Shown: piece after piece, positions 60,006 through 64,000 of the stretch
How the letters are laid out: each line of letters opens with the position of its first letter
Numbering within the stretch: position 1 is the first letter of the stretch
Source of the DNA: a virus
Virus record (IMG/VR): IMGVR_UViG_3300033143_008750
Span: 8,566-72,565 of that record
Strand: one strand, 5' to 3'
DNA length: 64,000 nt
Translations under genes and position numbers: made by a program
The notes under the pieces: model-generated
Database searches by the model: none
What the model was told of the DNA's origin: nothing
Seen by the model: only the letters and a program-made list of their open reading frames with translations

Positions 60006-60269
60006 ATGAAGATTAATGAAATCGTAATCGAAGGGCGACACGTTCCAGTTGTTGTCGCGCATGATCCTAAAGAAGCAGAGGCTAAATTCTTAAAAGCTAA
60101 CAAAGGACAAGCTGGAAAAGAATATGATGTACGATCAGCACTTAAGAAAGTTCGTGATCGCTATGATGTAGAAATCATTGGTGATTTAGAAGATTATATG
60201 GGACATCCTGGCAAGAAAAACAGTGATAATAAAGATAGTTTACTAACAAACAGGAAAAAGAAATCTTGA
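60006..60269 (+). CDS. small protein with N-terminal MKINEIVIE peptide
   Basis: ATG 60006 after AGGA. Confidence 0.6.
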   Translation: MKINEIVIEGRHVPVVVAHDPKEAEAKFLKANKGQAGKEYDVRSALKKVRDRYDVEIIGDLEDYMGHPGKKNSDNKDSLLTNRKKKS

Positions 60270-60562
60270 CTTTTGGAAAAGTAAGCATTATAATACGTTA
60301 TACTTACCTACATATACAGGAATAGGAAAATGTCAAAAGCAAAGTACAGAGCAGGAAGATACGGTAAAGGAATAGCACGTACTTACAAGTACAAGATTGG
60401 TGGCAGAAAGAGTAGCGTATCAGCGCACTCAATGTCAACACCAGAATTGCTAAAGCTATATTTTGCGCCGAAGTTGAAGAAAGATACGCACAAGGTTGCA
60501 ACTGTATTACGCTTGCGTAATGTCGAAATTGCTACCCCGCTAGAGGAAGAAATAGCAACAGC

Positions 60563-61087
60563 ATGAGAATAAGTGAAGTTACACAACATCCAGCAGTAGC
60601 AAAAGAAGCAGAATTTACTATTTTGCTACAGTCTGGGGAAGACAAGATGGACGAAATGGTTGCGTTTGTAATGGATGACAGAAACGCAGAGTCCCGTCGC
60701 CTACATATACTTAGGCGTGTTGATGAACTACTTGGTGATCTTAAAGACAGTTATAGTGCCGATGATCTTGAAGATTTCATGCACGATCAGGGCGATTGGA
60801 AAGACAATCTTCGTAATGCACTCAGCAAAGTCAAAAAAGGCCCAGAATGGAATCGCACTAGCATGAGTGACGAGGAAATTGAGTTGCAGCTTGCAAAAGA
60901 TTTGAAACTTCCTCCGTACCATCTTTCTGTTGTTGATGAAACAGAAGATGATGACACTCCGACAGGCGAATATGAAATTTGTCAACGTTGTGGCGGAGAA
61001 GGCTGCATTGAATGTGAGGAAGGACTCAAAGATATTACAGGCATGCACAAAGCACTGGATCTTGATGACTACCTAGGAAAAGAATGA
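60563..61087 (+). CDS. protein with N-terminal MRISEV peptide and C-terminal CxxCxGxGCxxC
   Basis: CQRCGGEGCIECEEG. Confidence 0.6.
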   Translation: MRISEVTQHPAVAKEAEFTILLQSGEDKMDEMVAFVMDDRNAESRRLHILRRVDELLGDLKDSYSADDLEDFMHDQGDWKDNLRNALSKVKKGPEWNRTSMSDEEIELQLAKDLKLPPYHLSVVDETEDDDTPTGEYEICQRCGGEGCIECEEGLKDITGMHKALDLDDYLGKE

Positions 61088-62112
61088 GAGCGCACGAATT
61101 ATTTGAGGGCGGATGGGAGTCAGTTGCTACTCAAAGTACAAAAATCACTCCAGAAATAACTCGCGCAGCATTGCAGCAAGTTAAAATATTCACAGATGAT
61201 TTCAATAAATATCTAGCAGTACAAGGTGAGCTTCCTGTCAAAATGGGAAATCCTACAGGCTCCTCTGCATACTATGATGTAGACTCTGACGATAAAGTGT
61301 ACGGTGACATTGATCTACAAATGATTGCAAAAGAACAAAAAGACATGACTACGAATCAGCTTACTGCTTTCTACAACAAGCATATGAATGATTTTATCAA
61401 GACTACAAAACCTGATTACATATACGACGAAGGCAAAGAAATTCGTGGTCACGTAATCTTTATTATCGGCACGCCAGTTTACGTACAAGTCGATTTCATT
61501 TGGGCAATCGAAAAAGAAGCTGATTGGGCGCGTTATCGCACAACACCAGAGCGCGGAGTCAAAGGTCTTGTATACGGCAGCTTATATTCTAGCTTTGGCG
61601 AAATCATAAACATGAGCATACAGCTATCAGGCGCGCAAATGAAAATCAAAGATGGCCTGCCTGTAAACTTTCAAAAAAATCGTAAAGTTGACTCAGTTGA
61701 AACATTATCACTAGATATTGAAAATTTCGGAATGGATATTCTACGTGAGCTATATCAGCGCACATATCCTGACACTCCGATTGGTGCAATACAAATTGAT
61801 CCTGAACTAAAAGCAAATCCTGGCCTCGTCAAAGACAATATTAAAATGTCATCACTCATAAGTGTTATTAGAGGATTAGGAAAAAGTTTCAAACTGAATG
61901 ACATGTACGGAAAATATAATTTAGTTGACATCAAATCATATCCCGATCTTATCTCCACATTTATGACGCATCTCAAAGCAAAAACAGATGCAGCAAAAGT
62001 CGCTAAGAAATTTGACAAGGCGGAAACTCCTCAAGCAATCGCAAAGGTCAAAGAAATTCGTCAACAAATTGACTCAGGTGTAAAAACAGTAGAAAAACTA
62101 ATCTACGCTTGA
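61084..62112 (+). CDS. Pol-beta-superfamily nucleotidyltransferase-like protein
   Basis: TGSS...YGDIDL, third Asp in VQVDF; N-terminus MRAHELFEGG. Confidence 0.65.
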   Translation: MRAHELFEGGWESVATQSTKITPEITRAALQQVKIFTDDFNKYLAVQGELPVKMGNPTGSSAYYDVDSDDKVYGDIDLQMIAKEQKDMTTNQLTAFYNKHMNDFIKTTKPDYIYDEGKEIRGHVIFIIGTPVYVQVDFIWAIEKEADWARYRTTPERGVKGLVYGSLYSSFGEIINMSIQLSGAQMKIKDGLPVNFQKNRKVDSVETLSLDIENFGMDILRELYQRTYPDTPIGAIQIDPELKANPGLVKDNIKMSSLISVIRGLGKSFKLNDMYGKYNLVDIKSYPDLISTFMTHLKAKTDAAKVAKKFDKAETPQAIAKVKEIRQQIDSGVKTVEKLIYA

Positions 62113-62346
62113 CACTTCCTTTCTAACCTGTTATACTTGTCCAAAAGAACAAGGATATAACGTGCGCAAAGTAGTATTGGTCAAAACTCCAAAAAAGAAC
62201 GCAGCAATACAATTTATTACGCCTGACTATATGCCGCCAGGTGTAGAACATGTTGGTACGTATGTTTGTCCAGTAAGTAATAAAAAATATAAGATGTATG
62301 GCTTCGGCGAAGCATCACCAAAGTGGAAAAACTTAAGGAAATCAAG

Positions 62347-63024
62347 ATGCTTATAGGATTACTCGGTCGTATTGGTTCTGGCAAAGGATCAGTCGCAGAT
62401 GAATTAGTAAATACGTACGGTTTTCGACAAGATAGCTACGCATCTACCCTAAAAGACATTACAGCACTCCTATTTAATTGGGATCGTGCAATGCTTGAGG
62501 GCAACACGCCAGAAAGTCGCGCAGATAGAGAGTTAGTTGACGAGTGGTGGTCTGAAAAATTGGGAATTGAAAACTTCACGCCGCGCCTAGCACTTCAGTT
62601 GATAGGCACAGATGTATTTCGGAATAATTTTCATCCTGATATTTGGATGCTCAGTGTAATGTCTCGATATAAAGACGATAATGTAGTAATTAGTGATTGT
62701 CGCTTTCCAAACGAAGTTCAGGCAATACGAGAAATGGGTGGTCGTATTATTCGTGTTGATCGCGGCGAGGAACCTGAATGGTGGCCATGTGCAAAAGATG
62801 CGGCTGATAGTATGATTGAAGCGGTTGAACGTATGGACACGCATTATAATATTCATGCAAGTGAATGGGCTTGGGCATCACAGATACCTGATGAAGTTAT
62901 TTTGAACAATGGCACACTTGATGAATTATATGGTATGGTCAAGCTACTAGATAACAAATACGGGTTCAATGTGAAAACAACATATGATCCTAATGACCCA
63001 ATCGGAACCGAATACCGCGTTTAA
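62347..63024 (+). CDS. deoxynucleoside monophosphate kinase
   Basis: GLLGRIGSGK, TPRLALQLIGT, VISDCRFPNE, HASE. Confidence 0.92.
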   Translation: MLIGLLGRIGSGKGSVADELVNTYGFRQDSYASTLKDITALLFNWDRAMLEGNTPESRADRELVDEWWSEKLGIENFTPRLALQLIGTDVFRNNFHPDIWMLSVMSRYKDDNVVISDCRFPNEVQAIREMGGRIIRVDRGEEPEWWPCAKDAADSMIEAVERMDTHYNIHASEWAWASQIPDEVILNNGTLDELYGMVKLLDNKYGFNVKTTYDPNDPIGTEYRV

Positions 63025-63710
63025 GACTTTTTAATATACCTATAAATTGATGCTCGCGATACATTAAACTTTCTTGCTAGTGAGCTAACTGTTTCTCCGA
63101 TAGCAAACCTATCTTTCACTGATAGTATCTCGGATTCTGATAATCGAGTATCTTGTTTGCGGCCACATTTCTTTCGTTGTTCTTCTTTACGTTTTTGTCC
63201 CTCAGGACTAGCCCAAAATGCATTCATTTTTTCAGACCTACGTCTCCTAGCTGCAATACCCTCTGTTGTTTGAAAATATGCCAGTTTAGATTCACTGATC
63301 TTTGACAAATGTTCTTTGCTTTTCGGTTTTCCGGGGTGTCCTCTTAGCGGAGCATCAACAATCAATATATCTAATTCAATAAGATTATCAATTTCTTTGA
63401 TTGTTCTTTTAGTTGTATATTCTCTAAGACCGCCACTAGTTGCATTGTATCCGCTTTTAAACGTATTATATTTTGCTACGTATTGAATTTCAAGATTGCT
63501 TGCTTCTTCTTCAGTTTTACATTCAGCTAAAATTTCCCAGTCCCATGACTCTAAATCAGTATGTATTCTTAGTGCCCTATGAAAAGGGAATGTTGATCCG
63601 CTTCGTGCATCACTATGATGTTGCCATTGACGTTCGAGGAGTGTATTGTTAGTCAATCCTATATAAGATTTATTGTTCGTCTTGTTTGTTGCTTTATAAA
63701 TTAACATCAC
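63021..63710 (-). mobile_element. free-standing GIY-YIG homing endonuclease (NUMOD3-like segment plus HTH)
   Basis: LIYKATN..NNKSYIGLT, R..QH, GYNATSGG, SKEHLSKISES, C-terminal HTH; opposite strand to neighbours. Confidence 0.88.
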
Positions 63711-63805
63711 ACTTGTATTTACTGTTTATTTCCGTTTCTAGATAAATATATGGTATAAGGCTAACGTAATATTTAGTCATCAACATAAAAAGAGGAGAAA
63801 ATAGG

Positions 63806-64000
63806 ATGGTACTCGTATCGCCAGGCGTTCAAGTAACTGTAACAGATGAGAGCTTTTTTAGCTCGTCAGGGCCAGGTACTGTCCCGCTAATTTTCATCGC
63901 AACAAAACAAGATAAGCTTACCCCAGATGGTACTGCAACTGCGCCTGGATCAACAACTGCAACAGCAGAACAATTGTTCCTAGTTAGCAGCCAGCGTGAG
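63806..64000 (+). CDS. tail sheath protein, N-terminus (runs off window)
   Basis: MVLVSPGVQVTVTDESF...GTVPLIFIAT...SSQRE; late promoter 63741, RBS GAGGAG. Confidence 0.88.
   Translation, partial: MVLVSPGVQVTVTDESFFSSSGPGTVPLIFIATKQDKLTPDGTATAPGSTTATAEQLFLVSSQRE

Noticed and set aside
1291-62856. Numerous minus-strand and alternate-frame ORFs in the track
   Set aside because: They shadow well-supported + strand genes and lack recognisable motifs. Only 35031-35663 and 63021-63710 are credible minus-strand genes.
1-64000. CRISPR array or diversity-generating retroelement
   Set aside because: I saw no regularly spaced direct repeats, no reverse transcriptase and no template/variable repeat pair. 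The IHF-like motifs are short and irregularly spaced.
1-64000. Stop-codon reassignment (TAG or TGA)
   Set aside because: Conserved genes are full length in the standard code, and TAG and TGA end several clear genes (e.g. TAG at 24728 and 56288, TGA at 4220).

Overview
A 64-kb segment of a large T4-like (myovirus/jumbo) phage genome, read in the standard genetic code and almost entirely on the + strand. ErpA, the CCA enzyme and IHF-like sites point to a proteobacterial host. Recognisable genes: ATP-dependent DNA ligase, SET-domain protein, protein-kinase-like protein, ErpA, CCA-adding enzyme, DHH phosphoesterase, SNase nuclease, a virion-structural cluster, rIIA/rIIB, ClpP, GH108 endolysin, SLOG protein, NadM-Nudix plus NadV/Nampt (NAD+ salvage, NARP2-type), a 2OG-Fe(II)-oxygenase-like protein, neck protein, nucleotidyltransferase-like protein, dNMP kinase, a free-standing GIY-YIG endonuclease and the start of the tail sheath. 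Two promoter classes are visible: near-consensus sigma70 promoters, many preceded by IHF-consensus sites, and a late motif GATAAATA. Most notable: (1) about 20 small proteins from several unrelated families carry the same terminal motif F-x-x-x-L-[R/K/A]-G, suggesting a modular adaptor/docking system; (2) a circularly permuted two-piece tmRNA gene with a long structured intervening segment and a non-canonical tag (GNENFEIIGMREASASFA); (3) a shared N-terminal capsid-targeting-like peptide on a kinase and a nucleotidyltransferase; (4) further candidate structured RNAs and antitoxin-like fragments. All calls come from motif reading by eye; no database search or folding program was run.
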